From assembly GCF_036365525.1 (NCBI RefSeq), contig NC_090396.1:53987297-54051296 (forward strand): a DNA stretch of 64,000 nucleotides, given 5' to 3'. Made by a program: the position numbers and the translations under genes. The DNA is from Heterodontus francisci (taxonomy: Eukaryota). The notes beneath the pieces are model-generated. The model ran no database searches. It was not told where the DNA came from and was given only the letters and a program-made list of their open reading frames with translations. Below, piece after piece: positions 13,278 to 24,737 of the stretch (positions within the stretch are counted from its first letter, which is position 1; each line of letters begins with the position of its first letter).

Positions 13278-13521
13278 CTGCGTCTTGGTTTGAGCGGCTG
13301 TGCAATGCCTGCCTGCGCCTTTAAAAGTTTGCCCGTTGCGTAGAGCTTCATGAATGAAGCCACATGACAAAACATCATCTGACGTCTGGCCTCGGCACAA
13401 GCGCAAACAACGAGTGGGGGGAAATTCCTTCAATTGTCGAAAAGGGGGAAAAACGGGCCCTTTGACTGCCTGTTTCTGCCTCGGACCTACGCCGCCTTGT
13501 CGGGGAGTTTCCCAGGAGTCG
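13278..13521 (+). promoter_or_regulatory. Candidate distal promoter / non-coding first exon of MAFG
   Basis: Local CpG enrichment, TTTAAAA at ~13320, CRE-like TGACGTCT at 13380, kB-like GGGAAATTCC (13419-13428) and GGGAGTTTCC (13503-13512), and a consensus splice donor G|GTGAGT at 13521/13522. Linkage to MAFG is inferred. Confidence 0.5.
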
Positions 13522-13601
13522 GTGAGTGGGCAGAAGCTGGGGTTTAATGGGGTAAATGGTGCTGAAATGGGGCCCTGTTTTGCTGAGTGTGCAAACGCAA
13601 T

Positions 13602-13650
13602 GAGAGAGAGAGAGAGAGAGAGAGTGTGTGAGTGACTGTGTGAGAGAGAG
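13602..13650. repeat. (GA)n / (GT)n microsatellite
   Basis: GAGAGA run at 13602-13624 followed by GT/GA dinucleotides. Confidence 0.9.
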
Positions 13651-13655
13651 CGAGC

Positions 13656-14347
13656 TGCTGACTCATCAGCAGGGTCATACCAGTCTGAGTCAGACAGCCT
13701 GGGCACTGGGGTTTGCAATGGTGGGGTATGAGGAGAATGGGACTGCTTCAGAATGGAGAGCAATGCAATAGCTTCACACAAGCTCATTTTTATGTATATA
13801 GTGTGTGTAAATAAGGCAGCTGCTGACTCAGGGTCTCCCACACAGTGCAATTGCCACCTCCTTGCTCTTAAATGGTGAAAATAGGACTGGTTTATAACAA
13901 GACAATGTATAATATGATAGCACTGGTCTGAAAATATATATATTTTAATGTGTGTCTATATGAGAGCTGCTGACTCAGGGTACGCCATCTGGCAGAAGGC
14001 TGGTGTCCTGTGCTGGATAAAAAGGAGATTGGTTTATTTAAGGACAGTAATAGAAATATGATCATACTGGTATGATGTATATGCACTGGTGACTTTGTGT
14101 GTCTGGCTGTATTTCTGCTACGTGATTTAGGGATGAGGGACTATTCAGAACAGGTCAGCAATAATTTTTGTTTTCTTCAAGAAAGTAAGCTTCTGCTCAT
14201 TCTTGTCAAAATCACACCTTTTTTTCTTTTTGAAAAATGATATATTTTCAGGAATTGTTTATTGTGGAAGATTGGCCAATGGATGGGCTTTAACGGGACT
14301 TGGGTAATAATTATCTGAATGTGTACAAATTGAACCTGCTGACTCGG
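13656..14347. promoter_or_regulatory. Cluster of MARE/ARE (CNC-small Maf) and AP-1 sites
   Basis: TGCTGACTCATCAGCA 13656-13671; TGAGTCA 13686-13692; TGCTGACTCAG 13821-13831; TGCTGACTCAG 13968-13978; TGCTGACTCGG 14337-14347. Confidence 0.7.
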
Positions 14348-14514
14348 CTCTAGTTAGTGAGTATACAAAAGTGGTATTTTGTAATGGATACAGTAAGGCT
14401 GGTGATTCACAAGCAAATAATGGTGTTGGCATACATACGGATGTGGACAGTAGGGGTGTGGGGAACTGATGACTCGTAGGGTTTAATGATGAAAATTTGG
14501 AATGGATAACGAGG

Positions 14515-15335
14515 AAGTTGATAAATCCCCTGGACCAGATGAGCTACATCCCAGAGTGTTGAAAAAACAGAAAGACACTATTTTTTTAAACGGTGAGAGG
14601 TTGGGCAGTGTTGTTGTCCAAAGAGACCTGGGTGTCCTTGTTCATGAGTCACCAAAAATTAGATTGCAGGTGCAGCAAGCAATTAAGAAGGCAAGTAGTA
14701 TGTTGGCCTTCATTGCAAGGGGATTTGAATACAGGAGTAAAGATACATTGCTGCAATTGTATAAAGCCTTGGTGAGACAACACTTGGAGTACTGTGTACA
14801 GTTTTGGTCTTATCTAAGGAAGGATATACTTGCCATAGAGGGAGTGCAACGGAGGTTCACCAGACTAATTCCCTGGGATGGTGGGATTGTGTTATGAGGA
14901 GAGATTGCAGAATCTGGGTCTGTGTTCTCTAGAGTTTCTAAGAATGAGGTGATCTCATTGAACTTAAAAAAAAAAAAAAAATTCTTACACCGTGTGACAA
15001 GGTAGATGTGGATGGGATGTTTCCTCTGGCTGGTGAGTCTAGAACAAGGGGACACAGTCTCAGAATAAGGGGCAGGCCATTTAAGACTGGGGTGAGGAGG
15101 AATTTCTTCACTCAAAAGGTGGTGATTTTTTGGAATTCTCTAACCAGAGGGCTGTGGAAGCTCAATCATTGAGCATCTTTAAGACAGAAATTGACATTGC
15201 TGGACACACATGACATCAAGTGATATGGGGATAGTTGGGGGGGAAGTGGCATAGAGGTAGATCATCAGCCATGTTTGAATGGTGGAGAAGGCTTGATGGG
15301 CCGAATGGCCTACTCCTGCTTCCGTTTCCTATGAT
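14515..15335 (+). mobile_element. CR1-type LINE fragment (internally deleted ORF2 plus 3' end)
   Basis: Translated motifs KSPGPDELHPRVLK, QRDLGVLVH and LYKALVRQHLEYCVQFW; CR1 3' tail GGCCGAATGGCCTACTCCTGCT. Confidence 0.92.
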
Positions 15336-18044
15336 CCGATGAAAGCAGTCCAGGTATGCAACCCAGTTGTTGAATCATCAGCCTGGCTCCAAAGTCTAGT
15401 GTTTATGGTGAGAGATAGTATAGTAATTGTGTTTTAATAGCCTTGTGTAAATAATGCACTTGCAGGTATACAGAAGAGCTGCACTGTATTTGGAGTTTGT
15501 TTCTGAAGGTGAGAAGTGATGTTCTGCAATGTGAAAGAAATGGGAGAATAGTGCAGCAAGGGAGATGCTAAGCTAACCCAGGAGGCTAAATCACCATGGT
15601 GCTCCAATTCAATTGAGGAGGTAGCTTATGATGATGCATGAAAAAAGTTATTTGTACCAATTCTATAATGGGCGTATGCTGTGTGCTGAATTCTTAGTAA
15701 TTATTTGCAATATGATTTTTAATTTTGAAATTGTGATTTCACAGAAGATTATCTTCGCTTTCTGATATCGGTCAGTCCCATGTTAGCTACTGGTGAAACC
15801 ACTCAATAGCAAGTTATTTAAACTTGTGTAACATCTTTGATTTAATTCCATTAATTCTTTGAGTAATTTTGGCAAATTAAAAAGTTGTATTATAAATAAT
15901 TGCAATTTACTATATATATATTCAAACTACCCAACCCTGATTAGGAGGGAGCTAATAGTTGTAATTCAATCTCTGGATTTTGATGACACTGGTAAATTGC
16001 TTGACCGTCATTTCATCGCTTTGATATAATCCCTTCCACCGAGTGAATTACAGCCTTGTTAAATTTCCCAAGTACCTGTTCTCTGTGCAACGATATTTTA
16101 TAGTGCTGTGTATGTGCAGTAGAAGGAATCCGACTGACTCTTGTGTGCTTGATGCAAAGCTTTAACTTTAGCAAAGAAAAAAACACTGCAAATTTATTAA
16201 GCATGATCAATTATGGTAGCACCAGATCAAATTTCATTTAGGGGTAATGTATCCCTTGCATACAGCCATTTTAAACACTGTCACCATGCAAGTAAACTTA
16301 TGCTGAGACTTGACAATCAATGTCTTACTGTTCTTTCTGATTTTTTTTGAAATGTAGAATTACTGAATTGTACAAGCTGTTTCAGAAATCCTTATTGGCC
16401 ATGCTTGCCTCATGAAATTACTGGCATGTTTGTTTTTAAAGGCTTTGATTACATTTCTAACCCGAACTTGTTCCATCCCTAATCATAGGACATAGGATAT
16501 ATAGGACATTGCATTTACTTAGTGTTTTGGGGTGGAATAGATAGTGTGATGAGGAACTGCTGAATTATGGCTACAATTCTCAACTCAATATTCATGCCAG
16601 TAGCTCAGTCCTTCCTTCAGTAACACACTGGTATTTTGACTGTACCACCGGCATATGTATTACAACAACATGCATTGTTGCTGAATGCCTGGAACTAATT
16701 TCCGTGAGGTTACAGGGCAAGGTGATTGAACTCCTGGATTTAGTCACGCCCTGACTGCTTCACCGCACAAAAATGTTCTGCCTATTACTAAACTTAGTAT
16801 TTCCAACATTTTGTTAGAGGTTTTTAAAATGTGAAAATTGTTGCAGTTTATATAGTTACTTTTAGATACAGTTAACAAGCCTAGTACTCAAAACACATTG
16901 TGTCATTTCTGGATTTCACACTATCTTAGCTTAAAGTGGAGTCATAAAATTCAGTAAAACGTGATATGGTGTTGCAGTACAGGCTAGAACTGCTGATTTG
17001 CTGTCTAACTTTAATAAGGGTAACTCAACTTTATTGAGGGGGGAAAAAAAGTTAAGTGATGAGACCCATTGCACAAAATATCACCCAAGTTTAAAGGAAA
17101 TGGGACAAACAAGGAAATAATGATGCCCAGTTTGGGGTTTAAAAGGCTCAACTCTAGGTGCAAAGAGGGAGGAAAGCATTTCCACTGTTTTGAGGTCCTG
17201 GGAAAGGATGGGTTAGAGTAGGAGCTTGTACAATGGCCCTTGATTTAAACACCGTATGCAGGAGGAAAAGATTACAAGGACAAGGGAGGAAAAGTCAGTG
17301 GAGGACTAATCGTAAGTTGAAATCCAGAAAACTCTTGTGACTGAGATGCTGGGGCTTAGTGTGAGAAGCTTTTTCTTGTAGCATGTTATGCTAGAAGAAC
17401 CTCCGTTCATACTGGGGCCCGTATTTGAGACTTGGATGGACTTGTGTTTATGTATGATCTCCGCAGTGCTCGTCTTCTGGAGGAGATGTTGAAGTTCTGT
17501 TTGAGGCCTAAGAAGAAAGTTGATAGTTTAGGGATGTGCTATATGAGCTTCAGCATTAACCTTCCAATTTGTACCATTAAAATTCAATTGGCTAAGACAC
17601 TGGACTGTGGTTTTTAAAAGCTGTATTTGAACACGGCTCCTGGCAAACAAAGTTTGTATTCAAATGAAGTCTTTAAGAAATAGTATTACAATAAAAGCCA
17701 CTTAAATACCACTGTTACTGTAAATGGAGAGACAACCACTGAGTAGAATTTAAAAAGTCTGCATCCTGATCTTGCATCTTTATAAAGACAAGCAGTTTTA
17801 GTGGAGTTATTTGAATGAACCCTCCCTGTTGACATCAAATGCTCTGATCTGATAAGTAAACATGTTGCTAATTCAAAATTCCATTCACTGCATGAATAAA
17901 TCTGCTTTCACAGATCTACTGCCTCCATCAGAACTATTGTTTTGGAGGTATCCCCGTGGTTTGGAGAAGGCTTGGAAATAAGACACTGCATCCTGTGAAG
18001 TGTTGATCTTGTGCACAGAAAAGGAGAGTAACCAGTTTTTAAAA

Positions 18045-18258
18045 AGTTGGAAATGCTGGAAACACTCTGCAGGTCAGTCAGGATCTGTGGAGAGAGCAGA
18101 TGAGTTAATATTTAAGCTGTAGACCCTTTATCGGAATTGGAGAATCTATACCTGAAAAATTAACACACATTTTCTCTCCACAGATGCTGAGTGACCTGCA
18201 GAGAATTTCCAGTGTGTTGCTTTTTTTTCTATTTCTGATTTCCAACATCTACAGTTTT
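18045..18258. mobile_element. Palindromic shark repeat, probably derived from a Penelope-like element terminus (copy 1)
   Basis: Arms 18056-18095 and 18173-18212 are reverse complements at 36/40 positions; similar to 38972-39160. Confidence 0.7.
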
Positions 18259-19855
18259 TTGTTTATATGTAGTTGTTTTCAGTAGCTCAGAAACCCTTTG
18301 CTTTAAGCCGTTGTACGATAGATCTTCAAATTAGACTAAACAGTAAATAGTGTATGAAAAGGTTTATTTAAAAAAAAAACACTTGTTGCTGCTGATATTC
18401 ACTACACACAATTTAAGATATGTGCATGCAGCTGATAACTGCCTCTTTGCTCTTCCTTCCTGAGCAGCAGCAGATAGCAATTTCTGTTCTGAGGTTTTGC
18501 ACATTTGTGCTACAGATACTACTACATGTGCTATTGTTAGGGCTGCACATGTTCAGTTTTGTTGCTTGCTTTTTGAGGTGGGGTGGGGGGTTGAATTTCT
18601 GTTTTTTTCCCTCGGGGCATTTGTTTTATTTTTTGGATTTCCACAGCCAGTTAGTTCTTTTTTCTCACTCACCTGGTTCGTGTTATCCTCCAGTTTTTAA
18701 AAAGCTGCCGTTACCATTTATTTTACCTGGATTTGAAATGCAGATGCTGTGTCTGGAATCCCAAAAATCTGCATTTCACTTTCTGGCCTGCATTCTGATT
18801 ATGTTGAGTCCTAGTGTAACACTTTATAGACACTCTCTCACACAGAATGAATACTGATGATTATAGCAGGTTTATTTCATCTGAGAATTCTTTCTCGACT
18901 TTTCACTGAGCCTTTGACACTTTCTTTCTGTTTTTATTTCCCCCCCCCCCCCCTTTTTAAAACTGTTTGTGAAAGATCTATAGTGAACCTGGGGATTCTC
19001 TTCACAAATTTAAAAACTGAAAATGGAGTGTTGTAACTTTTGAATAATATCTGCACTGCTTCATTCCTTACAATCTAATAGATTGGGCAAATGGTTTCTA
19101 TGACTGTGCTCTCTTTGCACAATGCCCTCTTCGTTTTTGGCTCAGGCAATCTTAATGTTACCTTGACCTGTGAGACGGCTGGCTGTGGCTTTCTGTCCAA
19201 GGCGTAGCACAACGTTTGATTGTCTTCTCTCGTGCTTTCGGAGCTGTTATCTTTTTCTTACTAGGACGGATCCTGCAAATGACAACTACCCCACCTGCTT
19301 TCAGCTGTCAAACATTTCTGTGCCATGTTTCAGATTCGGTGATTAGCACACTGTGGGAAGTTGTGTGCTAGGAAAGCCCAGAATTGAAAAATGAATTGCA
19401 AAGTATGTAGTAAGATGGAAATGACTTTGTAGAGGGTTGGTTTATATATTTTTTTTTCTATAACTGGAACAGATTTAGATTGAAGTGCATTTCAAAAGTA
19501 ATTTCTTCGCGCTTTTCCCAAAGGTTTGACATATCGGTGTGTCGTGTTGGAGTTGTATAATTTGCTGCTACAATATATCCCACACAATCTCAGCTGAGGA
19601 AGGGGCAGGGAGGCAAGACATTACCCTACCACAGGGTGGGAGAGGCACCTGGGCTGTTTTTGCTTATTTGCTTGTGGTTGGATAAAGAGCCAGAGGCCAG
19701 ATTCCTTGCCTTCTCAGAAGCTTTGTGTGGGAGGAAAAGAAATATTTTTAAATCCATGTTTTGAGGGCACATTGTACTTTTTAAAATTATGTTGGGAATA
19801 TACTTTTACCTCAACTGTACTGTCAGGATTTGTTGGTACTGAGAGTAAATGGGTT

Positions 19856-20199
19856 ATTAGATTAGATTAGAGATACAGCACTGAAACAGGCCCTTCGGCC
19901 CACCGAGTCTGTGCCGAACATCAACCACCCATTTACACTAATCCCATATTCCTACCAAACATCCCCACCTGTCCCTATATTTCCCTACCACCTACCTATA
20001 CTAGTGACAATTTATAATGGCCAATTTACCTATCAACCTGCAAGTCTTTTGGCTTGTGGGAGGAAACCGGAGCACCCGGAGAAAACCCACGCAGACACAG
20101 GGAGAACTTGCAAACTCCACACAGGCAGTACCCGGAATCGAACCCGGGTCCTTGGAGCTGTGAGGCTGCGGTGCTAACCACTGCGCCACTGTGCCGCCC
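19856..20199 (-). mobile_element. tRNA-derived HE1-type SINE (V-SINE), full length
   Basis: The minus strand starts GGGCGGCACAGTGGCGCAGTGGTTAGCAC (A box), has GGTTCGATTCC (B box), the core GGGTGCTCCGGTTTCCTCCCAC, a CR1-like tail and a (TCTAA)n end. Confidence 0.93.
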
Positions 20200-20889
20200 G
20201 GTTTGTGTAGTAGTGGAACAATAAATGGGGAATATAATTTTCATGAGGTGGAGTTGCTGATTCATCAGGATTGCGCAATTTAACATACCATCCCATTTCC
20301 CCTGCCCCCCCCCCCCCCCCCAAAAAAAAATTCAGGCAACATACTGTAATATACACTAAACAAATGACTGGTGTTTGGAATGTGATAAGCGTTCATGTAT
20401 GTACAGTGCCTACTGCAATGTCTTGGTCCTCCACAAAGAGTGCATTAATCTGTAGCTCTGTCCTGTCCAACCCTCTTCAAGATACTGCACTGCAGTATCT
20501 CCTTAAATCTTCTGGATCATGCAGTTTTCCAGGGTACCATCCAGCCTGGCATTTGGCACTTTCAGATCAGGTTCTAAGTGTGGGTTGAACCTGTCTGAAG
20601 AAGCCCGAACAAAAGAGAAGCAAAAAAGGCAGCTTAATTTTGAGGATGAACACACGTAGTGCTGACAGGAGCAGTGGTTTTAGGTGTGCAGGAAACTGGT
20701 TTCCTGTGATGCACTTGGCTGGTATTCATCTAGATTATTGGGTACAGTGTGACTGTGTTAATTTTACATAGGCTGTAGGTTAACATTGAATTGTTGCATT
20801 TTGTTAGTGATACACTTTCTTTTCAAGTTAAAACAATGCTCAGTGATATGACTTGACGATACCTATGCTTTCTAAATTTATTTGTGCTA

Positions 20890-20985
20890 TATGGCAGGAA
20901 AGTGACGTTGAGGTTGATGATTACCCGTGGTCTTATTAAATGGTGGACCAGACTCGAGGGGCTGAATGGTCTACTCCTGCTCCCA
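20890..20985 (+). mobile_element. CR1 3'-terminal fragment
   Basis: GAGGGGCTGAATGGTCTACTCCTGCTCC matches the CR1 tail seen at 15300 and 23745. Confidence 0.75.
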
Positions 20986-21369
20986 TTTTTTTCTGCAAAT
21001 CCATATCAATTTGTGTTCACTACAAAGCTGAAAGACAAGAAAATCTTAATTTGCAGATAATGGTTCAAGTTGACTTTGTTTTCCATGCATAAATGATTGT
21101 TTGTCAGGCTGAGAATCTAGGTGTTACCATTACAGTTGAGTATTTGAAGCTGATCTGACCACACACCAGGTTTCACTTCTCATTTGCTTAGGAGCTTTGG
21201 GTGACGGCCATAGCCTTTGCTTTGAAATAGTTACATTTTGTAATGCGACAGCCTTCTAGTTTGGAAGGTACATGTCATCTACTCTTAATTCAAAGTTAAT
21301 TAATTCAAATTCTCTCGGTTGGGCAAAAATGCTGCTGCAGAGCCAGGGCCGTGATCAGCAAATTGTACT

Positions 21370-22005
21370 TTTAAGTCCCACTCCAGGACTTAAGCACATA
21401 ATCTAGGCTGACACTTCAGTGTAGTACTGAGTGAGTGCTGCATTGGCGACAGTGCCATCTTTCAGGTGCATTAAGCCAAAGTCCCATCTGCTCTCTTGTG
21501 GGTGTTTAAAAAAAAAAGTTCAAATGGTACCATTCAGTGAAGCAAGCAAGAAAGAACTGGCATTTACATAACGCCTGCCGCAACCTTGGGACCTGCTAGA
21601 GCGCTTTACAGCCATTGAATAACTTTGAAGTATGTTCACTATTGTAATGCAGGAAATTTGGCAATCCAATTTGCATACAGCAAGCTCTCACAAGGAGCAT
21701 TGCAATTATGACCAAATAATCTGTTTTAGTAACACGAGTAGAGGGAAGAATATTACCCAGGACTCTTGCTCTTCGAAATAGTGTCGTGAAACTTTTTATG
21801 TCCGTAGGGGAGGTCCCGATATCCTGGCCAATACTTATCCCACAACCAATATCATTAAAACAGATTATTTGCTCATTTATGTCTTTGCTGTTTGTGGGAC
21901 TTTGCTTGCTGCTATGTTTCCCTATGTCACCACAGTTGACTACATTTCAAAAAATTCCATTTTCTATGAAGTCTTGATGTTGTGAAAGGCACTATATAAA
22001 AGCAA
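21370..22005 (+). mobile_element. Deu-domain SINE (SacSINE1/AmnSINE1-like), interrupted by an inverted copy
   Basis: AGCACATAATCTAGGCTGACACTTCAGTGTAGTACTGAG...; resumes at ~21805 with TCCTGGCCAATACTTATCCC...TGTGAAAGGCACTATATAAA. Family recognised from memory of the consensus. Confidence 0.8.
21550..21802 (-). mobile_element. Deu-domain SINE 3' part, inverted and nested
   Basis: GCATTTACATAACGCC...GCGCTTTACAGCCA...AATCTGTTTTAGT is the reverse complement of the SINE 3' half at 21815-22005. Confidence 0.75.
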
Positions 22006-23309
22006 ATATATTTAATTCCAATTGAAATTATGCAGATATACTCCCCCCCCCCCCCCCTCCCCCACAGCTATTAATGGGCTTAACTGGATAATTTTTTTGA
22101 GTGATGCAATTGCTGATATGGTCACTGCTATTGTTTGATTAGCTGAGGAAAAGAAAAGGGAGAAGTAATGCCTGTTGGTGTACAGTGAAGGTGGGAGATG
22201 AGGGTATGGCTCCTGAATGTACTGTGTAGTTTCACTGTCTCAGTAGTCCACACCATGCTAACTGCACTTCTGACCCTTCCAGCCAAATGGCCGTAAGTGC
22301 TTTTTAATAGACACTTGAGCACTTGGGTATTTAGCATTAATGAATAAAGACTATGATCTCATTGTAACTTGATGCACAATAAGGCCAGTGCTATTACTTG
22401 TCAATATTCTTATCACGAGATTTGTTTCTGGTAATTTTTGGTTTGAATAGTTAAGATGTGTTGAAGATAGCATTGCTCTTTGAAAGCACAAACCCAATAA
22501 AACTAGGAAACTAATTTCTGTCACCGAGTTACAATTTAAACTGCAACAGGACCACATACACAAGTATTTGGCGATCTTGATGTTTTGAAAATTCTTTAAA
22601 AGCCCATTTTGGAGAAATGTTTTGCTTCCACATGGACTTGAAAAGGCTTGACACTGATTAGTGCTGTGTTACATTGCTTTCAGGTAGTTTCTTGACCACC
22701 TCAGTGAATTTGACAGTGTTCTTTGCAGCTGGTACATTGTTCAAACACGAGAGTCTGAAACAAAGATTCCCCCCCCCCCCCCCCCCCACCAGTGTTTATG
22801 TAATTGACCTGGGTGTCCTTTGACACAGGGGTTTGGTGTTATATACAGTGCCCTTTATCAAGTGAACACATGCAGACTAGTCAATTTAGGAGTGTAGAAA
22901 AAATCTATATCTGGGATTACATTATCTAATTTGCAATAAATGAAACCTGATGCATTTCAGTTTTTACAATACTACAATCATTTCTTGAAAATTCACACAA
23001 TATCTGCACTAAGGGTTAGGATTTGTTACCATAGTGCACTCATGGTGAGATCACTATTTAAGTTGGCAAATGATTTCCCAAGACAGTGGTTACATGAAAC
23101 TGTTAAAGGAGCACTACAGGATCCGACCCTTATTCTCAAGTATTCATGTGGAAAAAATACTCCCCTCCATGCAATTTTTAAGTTAACTTGGAAATTGCAA
23201 TGGGAGCGACCATCTTTGCTCAACTTCAAGGTGTAGGCACAAAAGCATTGCATGTACGCATATATCCTTGGTTTTCAGTTACCTGTGCCAATCTAGCCAT
23301 GTGGAGTGT

Positions 23310-23578
23310 TCATGGAAACTTATAGCATAGAAGGGGGCCAATTTTGCCCATTGTCCCTGTACCAGCTCTTTGAAAGAGCTATCCATTTAGTCCTACACTC
23401 TCTGCACTTTCCCCATAGCCCTGCAAATTTTCCTTTTCAAGTATATATCTAATTCCCTTTTGAAAGTTGCTATTGAATCTGCTTCCACCACCCAGTTCAG
23501 ACAACATACTTCAGATCATCCTAACTCACTTTTCTTTTTTTTAAAAAAAATCCTCATCTCTCTGGTTCTTTTGCCAAA
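23310..23578 (-). mobile_element. Degenerate CR1-type 3' fragment
   Basis: GCCCATTGTCCCTGTACCAGCTCTTTGAAAGAGCTATCC...GAATCTGCTTCCACCACCC; related to the element at 52085-52800. Confidence 0.7.
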
Positions 23579-23722
23579 GTTTGAAAGAAAAAGCCAAACT
23601 TTACTTGAGCCTGTGCTCAAGGTGGAAAATTTCACAAATATGAGAACTTTATAAGATCTTATCCTGGGTGTCTGCTTTGGTTTGAGGTAGTTGAAAACCT
23701 GAATCAAGTCATTCGTTTTTTT

Positions 23723-24045
23723 AAGAACATAAGAAATAGGAGCAGGAGTAGGCCATTCAGCTCCTCCAGCCTGCTGCGCCATTCAATGATATCATGGCTG
23801 ATCTACTTCAACATCACTTTTTCCTGCACTATCCCCGTATCCCTTGATGTTTTTAATATGTAGAAATCTATCGATCTCAGTCTTGAACATACTCAACAAC
23901 TGAGCCTCCACTGTCCTTTGGGGTAGAGAATTCCAAAGATTCACCACCCTCCTGAAGAAATTCCTCCTCATCACGGGCCTAAATGGCCTACCCCTTATTC
24001 TGAGACTCTATCCCCTGGTTCTGGACTTCCCAGCCAGGGGGAAAC
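23723..24045 (-). mobile_element. CR1 3' fragment
   Basis: Minus-strand peptide MRRNFFRRVVNLWNSLPQRTVEA; tail AAGAACATAAGAAATAGGAGCAGGAGTAGGCCATTC. Confidence 0.92.
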
Positions 24046-24737
24046 TTACTTTCTGCAAGCTTTTTTCAAGCTTCAAGTAGGCTGGGCAAATACCTACATG
24101 TGGTTTTGTTAATCCTCCTATTCATTGTGTTGCAGGTGAGCTTATTGTCCTAATTTAATTCAAACCTTGCTCATTTATTTAAAAATGTTTTGGGAGTCAG
24201 TACCTAAGTTAATATTCACATCACAGGCTGTAATATATTTTCTTTTCCCGACATTCATATAAATGCACCCCATTCATTTTCTTTTCCAAAAAAACACATT
24301 TAGGAGCTGCCTGTGCTTGTTGATATTCAAAAGTAAAAGCACATTGACCTACTTCTCAAACCTGCAATGTCCTATTTTCTTTTAACAGATATAAAGACAT
24401 CCTAGTCAGTATGTGCTTGACTGTGCTAGTGTCCTGTTTCAGCAATGGACAACTTGCTAGTTTTCAGACAGTGAAGGTGTCCTCTCCCCTTGCACCAGGT
24501 TTTGAACGTGACTAGTTGTAGTGTTTGGTGAATTAAATCTACTAATACTGTGTGCTATACTGACATACTCTGTGACTGGTGCTAGGTCATTCTTAGTGAC
24601 TGCCATCTTTTCCTTATCTATGCACTATTGTTCCACTGAATCTTTGAGTTTGAGCCGTGATTTGTGCTCTGTTTGTGGCGTTAGTGCTGCCGTCTCTTCT
24701 TGGACGTGAACTGCTGTGGTGAAGAATCCCAATTTCG

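Noticed and set aside
13022-13850. Minus-strand ORFs of 118 and 214 aa
   Set aside because: They are read-throughs of satellite and microsatellite sequence with no recognisable domain.
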